From Candidatus Niyogibacteria bacterium CG10_big_fil_rev_8_21_14_0_10_46_36 (lineage in GTDB: Bacteria; Patescibacteriota; Minisyncoccia; 1-14-0-10-42-19), in contig PFCO01000001.1 of the NCBI GenBank assembly GCA_002772995.1, positions 128,244 through 192,243 of the forward strand: a DNA stretch of 64,000 bases, in the 5' to 3' direction. How positions within the stretch are numbered: the first letter of the stretch is position 1; the number at the start of each line of letters is the position of its first letter. Under the pieces are notes generated by a model that worked only from the letters and a program-made list of their open reading frames with translations, did not search any database and was not told where the DNA came from. Below, one piece after another: positions 26,875 to 36,552 of the stretch. A program made the position numbers and the translations under genes.

Positions 26875-27549
26875 TCATCTACAATAATGACCCCCCCCCT
26901 CCGTCGCTAATCGCTTTCCAAAAAATCCCAAAGAGTATTTTGTGGGTCCGTATAAATCGGTATCAATATGCACAACATTAAACTTTTTATCTGCCGTGGT
27001 GTGGCTCACATCCTCTATTCTTCCTTTTATTGCTGTTATAGGCAACCCTGAAAGATATTTTTTAACATCTTCGTGCGACGCGTGATTGAATTTGCCCGCG
27101 CTGTGCGTATTGCTGTCTATGGGTGCGATGTCTTTTGCAGAATGGCCCTCAAATGTGTCTATGCTATACATTTCTGCATCCTCAGAAAAAAACAAGGCTG
27201 CTTTCGTCATAAATTTACTTGTTCCACCCCTATATACCCCCACTTCTGCCATACAAAATTTGCCGGCAGAATTTTTTACGGCATTTTCAATCGCCTGATA
27301 TATCGTATATAGCCTATCATGGCCTAACAAGGTTCTTCCTTCACGAGAAACTTCTTCCGCTAAGCGCCCGAATGGCTCAGATTCCCGAATGTCCATCAAG
27401 CGCCAAGTATCCGCGCCAAAAATCCCGGGAATATAATTATATCCTTTTTTCTTAGAAAACAACTCATACCCAAGTAAACGAACTGTTCGTTTTATTTCGT
27501 ATCCTATTCGTCTTTTTATTTTTTTAATTATTCTCATTGTCGGAAACAA
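26875..27549 (-). CDS. TylF/MycF-family class I SAM-dependent O-methyltransferase.
   Basis: MAEVGVYRGGTSKFM and VVHIDTDLYGPTKYSL match the macrocin O-methyltransferase family (E.GVwRGGS...DcDLYeST). A G9 tract lies 5 codons before the stop. Confidence 0.55.
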   Translation of the reverse strand: MFPTMRIIKKIKRRIGYEIKRTVRLLGYELFSKKKGYNYIPGIFGADTWRLMDIRESEPFGRLAEEVSREGRTLLGHDRLYTIYQAIENAVKNSAGKFCMAEVGVYRGGTSKFMTKAALFFSEDAEMYSIDTFEGHSAKDIAPIDSNTHSAGKFNHASHEDVKKYLSGLPITAIKGRIEDVSHTTADKKFNVVHIDTDLYGPTKYSLGFFGKRLATEGGGHYCR

Positions 27550-27580
27550 TAAAAGATTGATAGTTAGAGATTAGGATATA

Positions 27581-29434
27581 TCACTCAAAATATTTCCGTA
27601 ACCACAGCTCCAAATGCACCCACTGCCAGATATGAAACGAATTCGGGTTATGTTCCGCATGACAATATCTCCCGTATTCTTCAAGAGCCGCGCTTTGATT
27701 AAAGTAAGGGCGCTCAGCAAAAGACTTTGAAGCGAGGATGGGGTATATCCACGAAGTAAGGTCCTTTTTAAACCATTCGCGTTGCGGCGATGGAACCGCG
27801 CGCTTCGGGGCATTGCGCACCATATCCGGTATAAGATCGCGGAACGCTTTACGCATAAAATATCGCTGTTCTCCGTCCCGTATTTTATGCTCGCCCGGCA
27901 ATGATAAGCCGTACTCTATCAAACGATAATCAACAAAGGGGACGCGCTGTTCAACACCATACGCCATGGCTGCTCTATCCGCGCTATGCAAAATGCGGGG
28001 TAACTTTGTGTATAATATGTCGCGATATTGCATATTCCTAAAATGAGACACAAAGGGCTTTTCAAATTCAAGCCGGGAGGCGTGTGTTCGCAAAAACTCG
28101 CTGCGTAACGCGTGCGCATGCGTAAATGCCGTTCCATCCGCGGAAGTCCCCCCGTACAAATATGATGAAAGCGTGTTCATAAAAAAATTCATATGTTCCT
28201 CCGCTCCGGCAAACGCATGTGATTCTCCGTACCGCATTAGTTCTTTTTTTGCCTGTTCCCCTCCCTTCTCACGCATAACATCAAGCAAAAACGCCCCCAT
28301 GTAATACTCATATCCTCCTCCAATCTCATCTCCTCCTTGACCACCCAGCACAACGGGAATACCCTGCCTCTTGCAATGCTCAGCGACCATATGGAGTCCG
28401 AAAGTGGGCAGTCCAGGAAATGGCTCATCTTGATGCCATAGTACGCGTTCCGCAAGTTCCGCCATATGATGCGGCCGTATCTCTATAAAATTAACATGCC
28501 ATCCGAGCCCATCGGCAAGCGCCTGCATATAGGGCTTTTCTATATCTTGATGCTCGCCGTAAATATGAGAAAAAAGATGGAAATTCTTCTGCCCCTGCGA
28601 TACTTTATTCACCATTGCGGTAATCGCGGAAGAATCAAACCCGCCGGAAAGCTGAATGCCTATCGGAACATCACTCCTTAGCTGAAGCGTAACCGCGTCT
28701 TTGAATAAGTGCAAAAAACGCTCAGACACATCTCCCTCCGGGAGTGAGGATACGGCGTTAACCCGCTCGGCAAGATCCCAGTATCGTTGTATCGTAATAT
28801 GACCATCCCTCCAACGAAGCGTTGTGCCTGCCGGTAATTGAAAAATGTTTTTAAAAAAAGTTTCGTGCGAGTGCTGATAATAACCGCGCGCGAGATAATC
28901 ATAGATTATTTTATCATTCGGCTGCGTCTTAATGCCCGCGGCAAGCAACGCTTTTATCTCTGAAGCAAAATACAATACGCCGTTCTCCATCGCGTAGTAA
29001 AACGGCTTTACGCCGAGATGATCGCGAGCCGCAAAAAGTTCTTTTTTTCGCTCATCCCAGATGGCAAACGCGAATATCCCGTTCAGCCGCGAAACAACAG
29101 CCGGTCCCCATTTTTGATATCCATGCAAAATAACCTCGGTATCGCTCGTGCTTTTGAATGACACATCCTTCAGCTCCTCTTTTATCTCCAGATAGTTATA
29201 CACCTCTCCGTTATATGTAATCCAGCATGATTTGTCGGCAGATGCCATAGGTTGGTGCCCCGCCGAAGACAGGTCCAAAATGCTCAACCGCCTATGACCG
29301 AGCGCCACATTTTCACGCATATATGTTCCCTCGTCATCAGGACCCCGATGCTCAAGGCTTCGCACCATCGTATTGAGCTGCTCCTCTGAAGGAGCAAAAT
29401 TATCCCTATGAATAATGCCTGCAATACCACACAT
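27581..29434 (-). CDS. Asparagine synthetase B-type glutamine amidotransferase (WbpS-like candidate sugar amidotransferase).
   Basis: MCGIAGII is the N-terminal nucleophile Cys2. The SGGFDSS PP-loop ATP pyrophosphatase motif is present. Length is 617 aa. Confidence 0.85.
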   Translation of the reverse strand: MCGIAGIIHRDNFAPSEEQLNTMVRSLEHRGPDDEGTYMRENVALGHRRLSILDLSSAGHQPMASADKSCWITYNGEVYNYLEIKEELKDVSFKSTSDTEVILHGYQKWGPAVVSRLNGIFAFAIWDERKKELFAARDHLGVKPFYYAMENGVLYFASEIKALLAAGIKTQPNDKIIYDYLARGYYQHSHETFFKNIFQLPAGTTLRWRDGHITIQRYWDLAERVNAVSSLPEGDVSERFLHLFKDAVTLQLRSDVPIGIQLSGGFDSSAITAMVNKVSQGQKNFHLFSHIYGEHQDIEKPYMQALADGLGWHVNFIEIRPHHMAELAERVLWHQDEPFPGLPTFGLHMVAEHCKRQGIPVVLGGQGGDEIGGGYEYYMGAFLLDVMREKGGEQAKKELMRYGESHAFAGAEEHMNFFMNTLSSYLYGGTSADGTAFTHAHALRSEFLRTHASRLEFEKPFVSHFRNMQYRDILYTKLPRILHSADRAAMAYGVEQRVPFVDYRLIEYGLSLPGEHKIRDGEQRYFMRKAFRDLIPDMVRNAPKRAVPSPQREWFKKDLTSWIYPILASKSFAERPYFNQSAALEEYGRYCHAEHNPNSFHIWQWVHLELWLRKYFE

Positions 29435-29436
29435 AA

Positions 29437-30456
29437 TTATATTGTTTCAAAAAATTCTTTCATCTCGCTTTTAGGATTTTTTTTGTAAGCATCCCGGAAC
29501 CGCGCCCGCAATGTCCGTAACGGGCCCGCGTATTTATTCAAAAATAGTTTGTTTGCAGCCAGGTATGGAAGTTCTTTTATTTTTGTAGACGAACACAACC
29601 GAACGATGTCTTGATGCTTTTCTTTTTTGAACGTTTTTTTAATGCCTGTTTTTTTCGCGATAATGTGTATCTCGCCCGGAATGCAATTTTCCGGAAAAAA
29701 GATGTTTGAATGCCTTTTTAAAAGTGGCACGGAAAGCATGCGTTCCACCTCAAAACCCTCCTGCTCAAGCAGGCTTGAGAGTGTTACCGAGGTGAAATAA
29801 TATGTATGCACAAATTTAAAAAATTGCTTGCGAAATGTCATGCCATACAAGTCGGGAGTATTCAAATACAGTACGCCGCCGGGCTTTAACGCTTCCCCCA
29901 TGCGCTTTATCGCCGCCCTCGGATCAAGCATATGCTCAATTAAAGCAATACCAACTACCGCATCATATGACCCCGGAGAATATGCTTGGGAGAAAAAATC
30001 ACCCACAGTTATCGGAACCCCAAACACATCTTGTGCTTTCTGCGCCGCTTCTTCTCCCATCTCAACACCTGATACGTTCTCATATCCGCGTTCTTTTAAA
30101 AAATATAAAAATGCGCCCATACCGCATCCCACCTCTAATACGGATGCGGTTTTAGGAAGGCCCCAATGCCGCACCACCCAATCCGCATACCACTCTTGGT
30201 ATCGCTTTTTATCTAATATACTCTCTTTTGATAGTGTGTTATTTCGCTTTTTTCTAGAGCCAAGTCCTCCGCTGTAATATGCCGCATACGCTGATGCGGC
30301 AGGCCGCGGATGCAAAAAACAAAGCCCGCAACGCTTACACACAACAACATCAAAGGAGTCGCCTAAAAAGTCGTACCCCTCATTCCCCCGAAAGGTTAAG
30401 AGCGTATGAAAATCGCGAGCTACACAATTATTACAAAGGGTTATTCTCTTGGACAT
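29437..30456 (-). CDS. Class I SAM-dependent methyltransferase with an N-terminal zinc-ribbon.
   Basis: CNNC...CKRCG four-Cys N-terminus. VLEVGCGMGAFLYFLKERGYENVSGVEMGEEAAQKA is motif I. VLYLNTPD is post-I. Confidence 0.6.
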   Translation of the reverse strand: MSKRITLCNNCVARDFHTLLTFRGNEGYDFLGDSFDVVVCKRCGLCFLHPRPAASAYAAYYSGGLGSRKKRNNTLSKESILDKKRYQEWYADWVVRHWGLPKTASVLEVGCGMGAFLYFLKERGYENVSGVEMGEEAAQKAQDVFGVPITVGDFFSQAYSPGSYDAVVGIALIEHMLDPRAAIKRMGEALKPGGVLYLNTPDLYGMTFRKQFFKFVHTYYFTSVTLSSLLEQEGFEVERMLSVPLLKRHSNIFFPENCIPGEIHIIAKKTGIKKTFKKEKHQDIVRLCSSTKIKELPYLAANKLFLNKYAGPLRTLRARFRDAYKKNPKSEMKEFFETI

Positions 30457-30463
30457 TGTGTAA

Positions 30464-31300
30464 TTAGAGATTAAAAATTTTTTGTAATGTTGTTTCTGCC
30501 TTATTCAATCGCAATGCCTGATACCACTTGTTCCATTTTTTAAAACGCGCAAGATCACGCGTAAATTCGGAGCCATATGCTTTTTTCTCTCTTTCGAAAC
30601 GCTCACGAACATAATGATACAGCTGTATGTCTAATTGATTCTTTTCTTTTATACGAACGATCAAAGATTCGGGGATTCGTGTTCGTTCTTTGCTATATCG
30701 CGGGGCTTTGTTTTCATTCGCCCGCGCATAATACACCCGACGGATACCCAGCGCTTTTTTCAACAAAAGCAAAGATTCATCGAATTGTTCAACAACGCCC
30801 GAAAATACAATATGTTCATCTATATTTTTCTTTGCCGTCTCAAGCGCGCGCGCATCAATTGGAACCGCTTTCGCATAGCCCATTATGTCTTCTCCCGCAA
30901 TCATGCGGGTCTGAAAATTAGAAACCATAGCGACATCACTTTCAATAAATTCGCGCAGTGAAATGTCTTTTGCCATTTGATCCGCCTTGTACGGCGATGC
31001 TTTTTTTTCTTGTGCTGCGTAATAAAATGAAACAACCCGCGAAATAGGCTCGCGGAGCATCGTGACATAATTGACAGGCCTTGAAAAATACGTATGCGCT
31101 CCAAAAGGAATATGCCCCCATAAAAACTTAATAGAATCCTTTTCCTGCTGTGAAAGGCCGCTAAACCCCCACATCGTTCCGTCCTCAAGAAGTTTTGTGC
31201 GTACTGCTGCCCGCTCTGGAAATGCGCGTGCGATGACCCGCTGGAATGTAACGCCACCCCCCTTCACGATATGAAGAAAAATTATGGGATCACGTGTCAT
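30464..31300 (-). CDS. Sulfotransferase-family protein, paralog of 23498..24379.
   Basis: IIFLHIVKGGGVTFQRV is the 5'-PSB motif and VTMLREPISRVVSFYYAA is the 3'-PB motif. Length is 278 aa. Confidence 0.55.
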   Translation of the reverse strand: MTRDPIIFLHIVKGGGVTFQRVIARAFPERAAVRTKLLEDGTMWGFSGLSQQEKDSIKFLWGHIPFGAHTYFSRPVNYVTMLREPISRVVSFYYAAQEKKASPYKADQMAKDISLREFIESDVAMVSNFQTRMIAGEDIMGYAKAVPIDARALETAKKNIDEHIVFSGVVEQFDESLLLLKKALGIRRVYYARANENKAPRYSKERTRIPESLIVRIKEKNQLDIQLYHYVRERFEREKKAYGSEFTRDLARFKKWNKWYQALRLNKAETTLQKIFNL

Positions 31301-32405
31301 GATGTTTTACAAGATACCCTATTTGTTCCAAATGCCTGGCTAATTCATCATGCTTATGCTTATCGGGGTAATGTTCAAGAACCAACGATGCATGTTTTAA
31401 AATTCTATTCATGGTCATAACTGCTTCTATGGGATGTTTTCCTATAGCGGTCTCCGCTGACAATGTAACGCCTGCCGCACCGTCACGCACCGTTGTTACA
31501 ATGTCGTGCACCTCCGCAAGCGTCGGGCTTCTTTTCTCAACCATTGTCTCCAAAAGATTTGTTGCCACAAAAACCTCTTTGCCTGCCTCGCGAGCTTTTT
31601 TGAGTATAATTTTCTGCACAAATGGTATTTTTTCAACGGGTATTTCCTTGCTCAAATCTCCCCTGTCTATCAAGATCATATCCGATCTTTTTATTATGTC
31701 ATCTATATGCAGTAATGCATCAGCGCATTCTACCTTTGAGATAATCTTCATAGAATTGTTTGACGCCTTTCGCATAGCGTCCACATACTCTCCGGAACGA
31801 ATAAAAGAGGCAGCAAGATGTCCAATCTGCTCCCGCAGTCCGATCGCGATAGATTCGTGGTCCTTCTTTGTTAACGGATGAAGATTAAACTGTTTTTGGG
31901 CTGAAGAATGCACAGCAATTCCTTTATTGCTTCCTAATACCCCGCTTTCATGCACCCGCAAAACAATATATCCTTCCGCAAGCATCGTAACATCGGATAC
32001 ACACAACGCCAAAGAATCAAACCCGACACGCAATATATCTCCGACCGCGAGCTGACCCAAAATATGGCCTGGCCGCAACGAAAACGAATGCGCATCGCCA
32101 ACCGTCGGAACAGCATACGCTTTAATCATATGTCCTTTTTCAAGATATGCCGCATCATGCGCGATCATGTCTGAGCGGATTTGCGAGCCTTCGGTATCAA
32201 TAATAAACGGGATGCCGACCTTACGCGCGAGCGCAACAAAATATTCAAGATCCTCGATGCTTGAATGGGACATATTTACGCGCACAAAATCAACCCCGTT
32301 ATCCTTAAGGCGCCTGAGATCCGATTCATTTTTCGTTGACGGACCAAGAGTGACAATAAGTTTTATCCTATTGTTCATGGAATTAGCATAAAGTATTTGA
32401 CACAA
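31290..32405 (-). CDS. Pyruvate kinase homolog (A/B barrel domains only; lacks the C-terminal regulatory domain).
   Basis: IKLIVTLGPSTKNE...VRVNMSHS...IIDTEGSQIR is the PK N-terminal K+/substrate region. MILIDRGDLSKEIPVEKIPFVQKIILKKAREAGKEVFVATNLLETMVEKRSPTLAEVHDIVTTVRDGAAGVTLSAETAIGKHPIEAV is collinear with the PK active site (MVARGDLG.EIP.EKV...QK.......GKPVI.ATQMLESM...PRPTRAE..DVANAV.DG.D..MLSGETA.G.YP.EAV). Length is 371 aa versus about 470 for canonical PK. Confidence 0.7.
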   Translation of the reverse strand: MCQILYANSMNNRIKLIVTLGPSTKNESDLRRLKDNGVDFVRVNMSHSSIEDLEYFVALARKVGIPFIIDTEGSQIRSDMIAHDAAYLEKGHMIKAYAVPTVGDAHSFSLRPGHILGQLAVGDILRVGFDSLALCVSDVTMLAEGYIVLRVHESGVLGSNKGIAVHSSAQKQFNLHPLTKKDHESIAIGLREQIGHLAASFIRSGEYVDAMRKASNNSMKIISKVECADALLHIDDIIKRSDMILIDRGDLSKEIPVEKIPFVQKIILKKAREAGKEVFVATNLLETMVEKRSPTLAEVHDIVTTVRDGAAGVTLSAETAIGKHPIEAVMTMNRILKHASLVLEHYPDKHKHDELARHLEQIGYLVKHHDT

Positions 32406-32431
32406 AAATTCAAACCTGTTGGAATAACCAT

Positions 32432-33163
32432 ATGAAACAACAAAACGGGCTGCGGGTACTTGGAGTGGTGGGCGCGCGTTCTGGTTCTAAAGGCATACCC
32501 GATAAGAACATCAAACCGCTTGCAGGCAAACCACTCATGGCATGGATAATTGAGGCAGCAAAAAAATCAATCCACGCCCCCCGCGTTGTCCTTTCTACCG
32601 ACTCTCAAGCATACGCGGATATCGGTAAGCAATACGGCACAGAAGTTCCATTTTTGCGCCCGAAAGAACTCGCGGGAGACAATATTCCCGACTTTGATTT
32701 TTTGTATCACGCGGCAACATGGCTTAAGGAACACGAAGGCTGGCAAGCAGATATTATTCTGCGTCTTCCACCAACCACCCCGCTATGCACGCCCGAACAC
32801 ATAGATGCCTGCATCAAGCTTTTATTGGATGACCCGCGCGCTGACTCTTCAAGAACAGTCACAAAGGCGAACAAGCATCCCTATAAATTATGGCGCCTAA
32901 ACGGCAATTATATTGAACCTTTCTTCCTGGAAGAGTATACGGGCCTCAAAGACGCGCACAATCTCCCCCGCCAATCATTCCCCGAAGCCTATGCGCATGT
33001 GGATGTCATCGCGCTTCGATGGAAAACATTAGTAGAAAACAAAGAGATGGCCGGCAAATATGTGCGCTACCATCTTATACCAAAAGAAGAAGCGATTGAC
33101 ATAGATACCGAAATTGATTTCTTAACCGCAGAAGAACTACTAAAAAGAAAAAAAGAAGGCTAA
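32432..33163 (+). CDS. CMP-nonulosonic/ulosonic acid cytidylyltransferase (NeuA/KdsB family).
   Basis: LGVVGARSGSKGIPDKNIKPLAGKPLMAWIIEAA is the N-terminal P-loop-like signature of acylneuraminate cytidylyltransferases. Length is 243 aa. Confidence 0.8.
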   Translation: MKQQNGLRVLGVVGARSGSKGIPDKNIKPLAGKPLMAWIIEAAKKSIHAPRVVLSTDSQAYADIGKQYGTEVPFLRPKELAGDNIPDFDFLYHAATWLKEHEGWQADIILRLPPTTPLCTPEHIDACIKLLLDDPRADSSRTVTKANKHPYKLWRLNGNYIEPFFLEEYTGLKDAHNLPRQSFPEAYAHVDVIALRWKTLVENKEMAGKYVRYHLIPKEEAIDIDTEIDFLTAEELLKRKKEG

Positions 33164-33165
33164 TC

Positions 33166-33768
33166 TTATCCTTCTTTTTTTATGAATAATGACTGGTTGT
33201 TAAGCCAATTAAAAGAAAACGCGTGCCCCGAAAGATGCTGCCTAAGAAAATTACAATTTGATTTCCGGGAATCAACTACTATATATGTCGGTCGATTTTG
33301 CATAAGGAGAATATCTACCGCGACCAATCTATCAGGCAAAAGTTCGGGTCCGTCAAGATAAACAAAATCGGCATGCTTAACATCGCCATCAAAATAAAAT
33401 CCTTGGACTCCCTGGTATTCGGTTTCCTTTTTCGGCGCATAGAAAACGGTAACAAAGTTTTTTACATGAGCAGGCAAAGAGTTTTCCGTAACCTTTTTCC
33501 ATTTTTCGCTTTCATCATACGCAAAAAGATGTCCTTTTCTATTCTCATACAACGCCTGTCCAATAATAATAGTTGAACATCCACTCCCAAACTCCACTAC
33601 TGTTTCGGGCTTGTATTTCTTTATTCTCCAATACAGATTCCATAACTTATGCCATTTTGGAGAATACGCATCTGCCGGACGGCTATCAAAAAGGCGCTTA
33701 AAGCGGCGCATACGAAACGCAGAGTATCGCCAATACAACATTTTAATATAGTAACGAAAATGCCCCAT
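33166..33768 (-). CDS. Class I SAM-dependent O-methyltransferase-like protein (family 3-like).
   Basis: TVVEFGSGCSTIIIGQAL is motif I. FVYLDGPE is the D-rich post-II region. Length is 200 aa. Confidence 0.45.
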   Translation of the reverse strand: MGHFRYYIKMLYWRYSAFRMRRFKRLFDSRPADAYSPKWHKLWNLYWRIKKYKPETVVEFGSGCSTIIIGQALYENRKGHLFAYDESEKWKKVTENSLPAHVKNFVTVFYAPKKETEYQGVQGFYFDGDVKHADFVYLDGPELLPDRLVAVDILLMQNRPTYIVVDSRKSNCNFLRQHLSGHAFSFNWLNNQSLFIKKEG

Positions 33769-33771
33769 AAA

Positions 33772-35145
33772 CTATGCCCCCGAAGCAATAATTAAAAACT
33801 TTGCGAGCCGCTCCCCGGATTTGCCGTCCATAATACCGCAACACGCCTCTCGGAATTCTTTACGCGCCTCTTTGTCTTGCGATGGGTCTTTCATGTAATT
33901 ATGAAGAGCGCTTATATATTCCTCTTTTGTTTTTGCTAAACGAATGGCGCCAAGCGCGACGGGATGCGCGTAATGATTATAATCCCACCGGTGGTCTCCC
34001 TCAAAATACCCCCGAGGACGCGAGTGGAATCCGGCGATCACAACAGGCTTATCAAAAAATACGCCGTCTAGCGCAATGGAAGACGGCCCACAGCTTACTA
34101 CATCGCTATAATATATCGCGCACATGAGATTATCGTCGTCTTCAATGCTGATCTCTCTATCCCCCTCTACATCATCGCGAAATACCACGCCGGGTTTATC
34201 AAAGTACATGTTTGGATAAGGCTTTTGGCCTTGCAACTGTCTCGTAGGAATAGTAGGGGCGAAACGCACATAGACCTGTTCGGACATTGTGCTCAATATA
34301 CCCAATACATATGGATCGGTATCATTGTCAGGTATATATTGATCCCCGATAACTGCGTGCATAATCATTTTTTTTGCCGGATCAAAGCCGATTTTTTTGA
34401 AAAACTCATCACGCGAAAGCTTTGGGCCGCGGAAATATTTATCATAATGAGGAATCCCTACAACGGTTATATTTTTATTCTCAAAATCATGAAAGCGAAG
34501 TGCGTCATCACGCAACCGGTAGGTCGCGGTCACCAGGTGATCAGGCATGGCGCGCACTAAGCCATGGAGTGTTAGGTTGTCCCATGAACGGACCATTCCG
34601 TACGCCGGAACGGCATAGCGTTTTGATTCATGAATAAGCTCCACATCCCGTTCATTTAATAAATCAGTGGCAAATATGAGATTAGGATTGTATTTCTCAA
34701 AATACGGCTTGAATCTTCCCTTGTACGCGGTATGAAAATCTATAAATCGCAGAAACGAACGCATAAAACGAAAACGGAAGAGTGGTTCGAGCGCAAACAT
34801 CCCCAGCCAATAAAAGAATTTCCCCTCTTGCTTCCACTTCAATTTCCGCTCAAGGCGCACCGATGCCGTATGATGAACAAATTTTGAGATACGCTTGCAC
34901 GCAAGAGTGGCAAAATTGCCGGAGGGAGAAGGCATGGCGATGCTCTCTATTATTACATTCGGATATGAAAAGTGTTTTTCAAAATAATCCTTTTTGTAAT
35001 GAAGCACAAAAAGAACAACCCGGACATTTCCATTCTCCGAAAGAAAGCGCAGTACATCCGTTGCAAGAATGTTGCGCGATATGAACGGATGAAAGCTTGA
35101 AATAAAAACGGTTTTTTTGATATTTGCGCGTTTATCTCGGGACAT
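33772..35145 (-). CDS. GT-B-like surface carbohydrate biosynthesis protein, paralog 2 of 4.
   Basis: RSWDNLTLHGL motif, C-terminal SDVVSCGPSSIALDGVFFDKPVV, and an N-terminal KKTVFISSFHPFISRNI. Length is 457 aa. Confidence 0.45.
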   Translation of the reverse strand: MSRDKRANIKKTVFISSFHPFISRNILATDVLRFLSENGNVRVVLFVLHYKKDYFEKHFSYPNVIIESIAMPSPSGNFATLACKRISKFVHHTASVRLERKLKWKQEGKFFYWLGMFALEPLFRFRFMRSFLRFIDFHTAYKGRFKPYFEKYNPNLIFATDLLNERDVELIHESKRYAVPAYGMVRSWDNLTLHGLVRAMPDHLVTATYRLRDDALRFHDFENKNITVVGIPHYDKYFRGPKLSRDEFFKKIGFDPAKKMIMHAVIGDQYIPDNDTDPYVLGILSTMSEQVYVRFAPTIPTRQLQGQKPYPNMYFDKPGVVFRDDVEGDREISIEDDDNLMCAIYYSDVVSCGPSSIALDGVFFDKPVVIAGFHSRPRGYFEGDHRWDYNHYAHPVALGAIRLAKTKEEYISALHNYMKDPSQDKEARKEFREACCGIMDGKSGERLAKFLIIASGA

Positions 35146-35157
35146 AAGCGTTTTTTA

Positions 35158-36552
35158 TTATACACGAACGACCTTCCTTAGAAAACCCGAGGAAAGCGAA
35201 ATGATAGTCCGCAAAAAAACCTTGTCCTCTTCTCCGAAAGAGAATAATTTTTTCCACTCAAATTGGATAGAAATCTTATATCGCCGAAGATAAAAATAAA
35301 TAAGTGGCAAGATAACTAACGGCGTTACGATACGCTCCAATGGAAGCGCCCAAATACCGATAAGCGGTATACACACGAGATAAAAAACAAATATAAAGGT
35401 CTCATTCAAAGCGCTTTTTACAAATAAAAACTTCTGCTTGCGTAAATACACAAGATATGACCCCAGGAGCGACCCAAAGGCTATGATGGGAACATTGAAA
35501 AGCAAAATATAAAAGAATGGGAGGGCGGGGGTATATTGCTCAAAAAATATTCTAATAACCGGCGGGAACACAATAAGCGCGCCGCCCGCAAGAACAAGCG
35601 ACAGTAAAAACATATATTTTGTACCGTATGTAAAAATCCTTTGCTGGCGGACTGCGTCGCTCCCTACAAGCGGAATAAGTGTCACAAATGACTTTACTGG
35701 GAAAAAGTCTTTTACCATGCCAATAATGCTTTTTGCGACAACAAAAAGACCGAGCACCTCTGTGCTTAAAAGAACCTTGATTATCCATGGCTGAACAAGA
35801 TCCGATGTGTTATTGATAAGCGGGCGAAACAGATTCCATTTTCCGTACGAGCGGAAAATACCGAACATCATAAACCGCTCTTTTGCAGACGCGATGCTTC
35901 GCCAGGGAGCATACGCCTTCAATGCGAGCGGGACCATTGTTGCAAGCCCGACAAATGCGCCGATTATCTCCGAAAGAACCACCTCGCGTATACCGATATG
36001 CGCGGTAAAATAAAACACCGCAAGCGCTATGAGTTGTGCAAGTTTGTTAACATTAGAACGCACCGCAATGGCGCGGAAAAACAAGCGCGCGCGAACCAAG
36101 AGTTTGCATAGATCAAAAAAGATATCATGAAGAAAAAGAAAAGAGAGCAACCGCATGATGCCGATAAACTCTTCCCCGAACCGAAAAGACAATAAGGATG
36201 CTCCAAAAAATACTCCCGCCCATATCAACACTCCCGATATAAACCGATATAACGCGAGCTCATGGAATAATTTTTTTGCGCGCGCGTCATCTCCTTCCCC
36301 AAAAAACCGAAAAATATCATTACCGATAACGCCCCCTCCCCAGCCAACAAACGCCGAAAAAAATGCATATGTCACAATAAGCAGCTGGTATGCTCCGTAC
36401 TCATACGGTGAGAGGGATGATAATATAAAAAAACTAATCCCAAGAGCAAGTACCCGCACAATGACGCGGGAAATGGTCGCATATGATTCTGATGCGAGCA
36501 TTCTTTCGGTGAAAAAGAGATCTTTTCCTCGTTGTTGTGCTGTATTGCTCAT
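35158..36552 (-). CDS. Polysaccharide biosynthesis protein / Wzx-like oligosaccharide flippase (MOP superfamily).
   Basis: The 464-aa protein is hydrophobic along its full length, with about 12-14 predicted TM helices. The N-terminus reads ...SVSRVIVRVLALGISFFILSSLSPYEYGAYQLLI, typical of the Wzx/PST family. Confidence 0.7.
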   Translation of the reverse strand: MSNTAQQRGKDLFFTERMLASESYATISRVIVRVLALGISFFILSSLSPYEYGAYQLLIVTYAFFSAFVGWGGGVIGNDIFRFFGEGDDARAKKLFHELALYRFISGVLIWAGVFFGASLLSFRFGEEFIGIMRLLSFLFLHDIFFDLCKLLVRARLFFRAIAVRSNVNKLAQLIALAVFYFTAHIGIREVVLSEIIGAFVGLATMVPLALKAYAPWRSIASAKERFMMFGIFRSYGKWNLFRPLINNTSDLVQPWIIKVLLSTEVLGLFVVAKSIIGMVKDFFPVKSFVTLIPLVGSDAVRQQRIFTYGTKYMFLLSLVLAGGALIVFPPVIRIFFEQYTPALPFFYILLFNVPIIAFGSLLGSYLVYLRKQKFLFVKSALNETFIFVFYLVCIPLIGIWALPLERIVTPLVILPLIYFYLRRYKISIQFEWKKLFSFGEEDKVFLRTIISLSSGFLRKVVRV

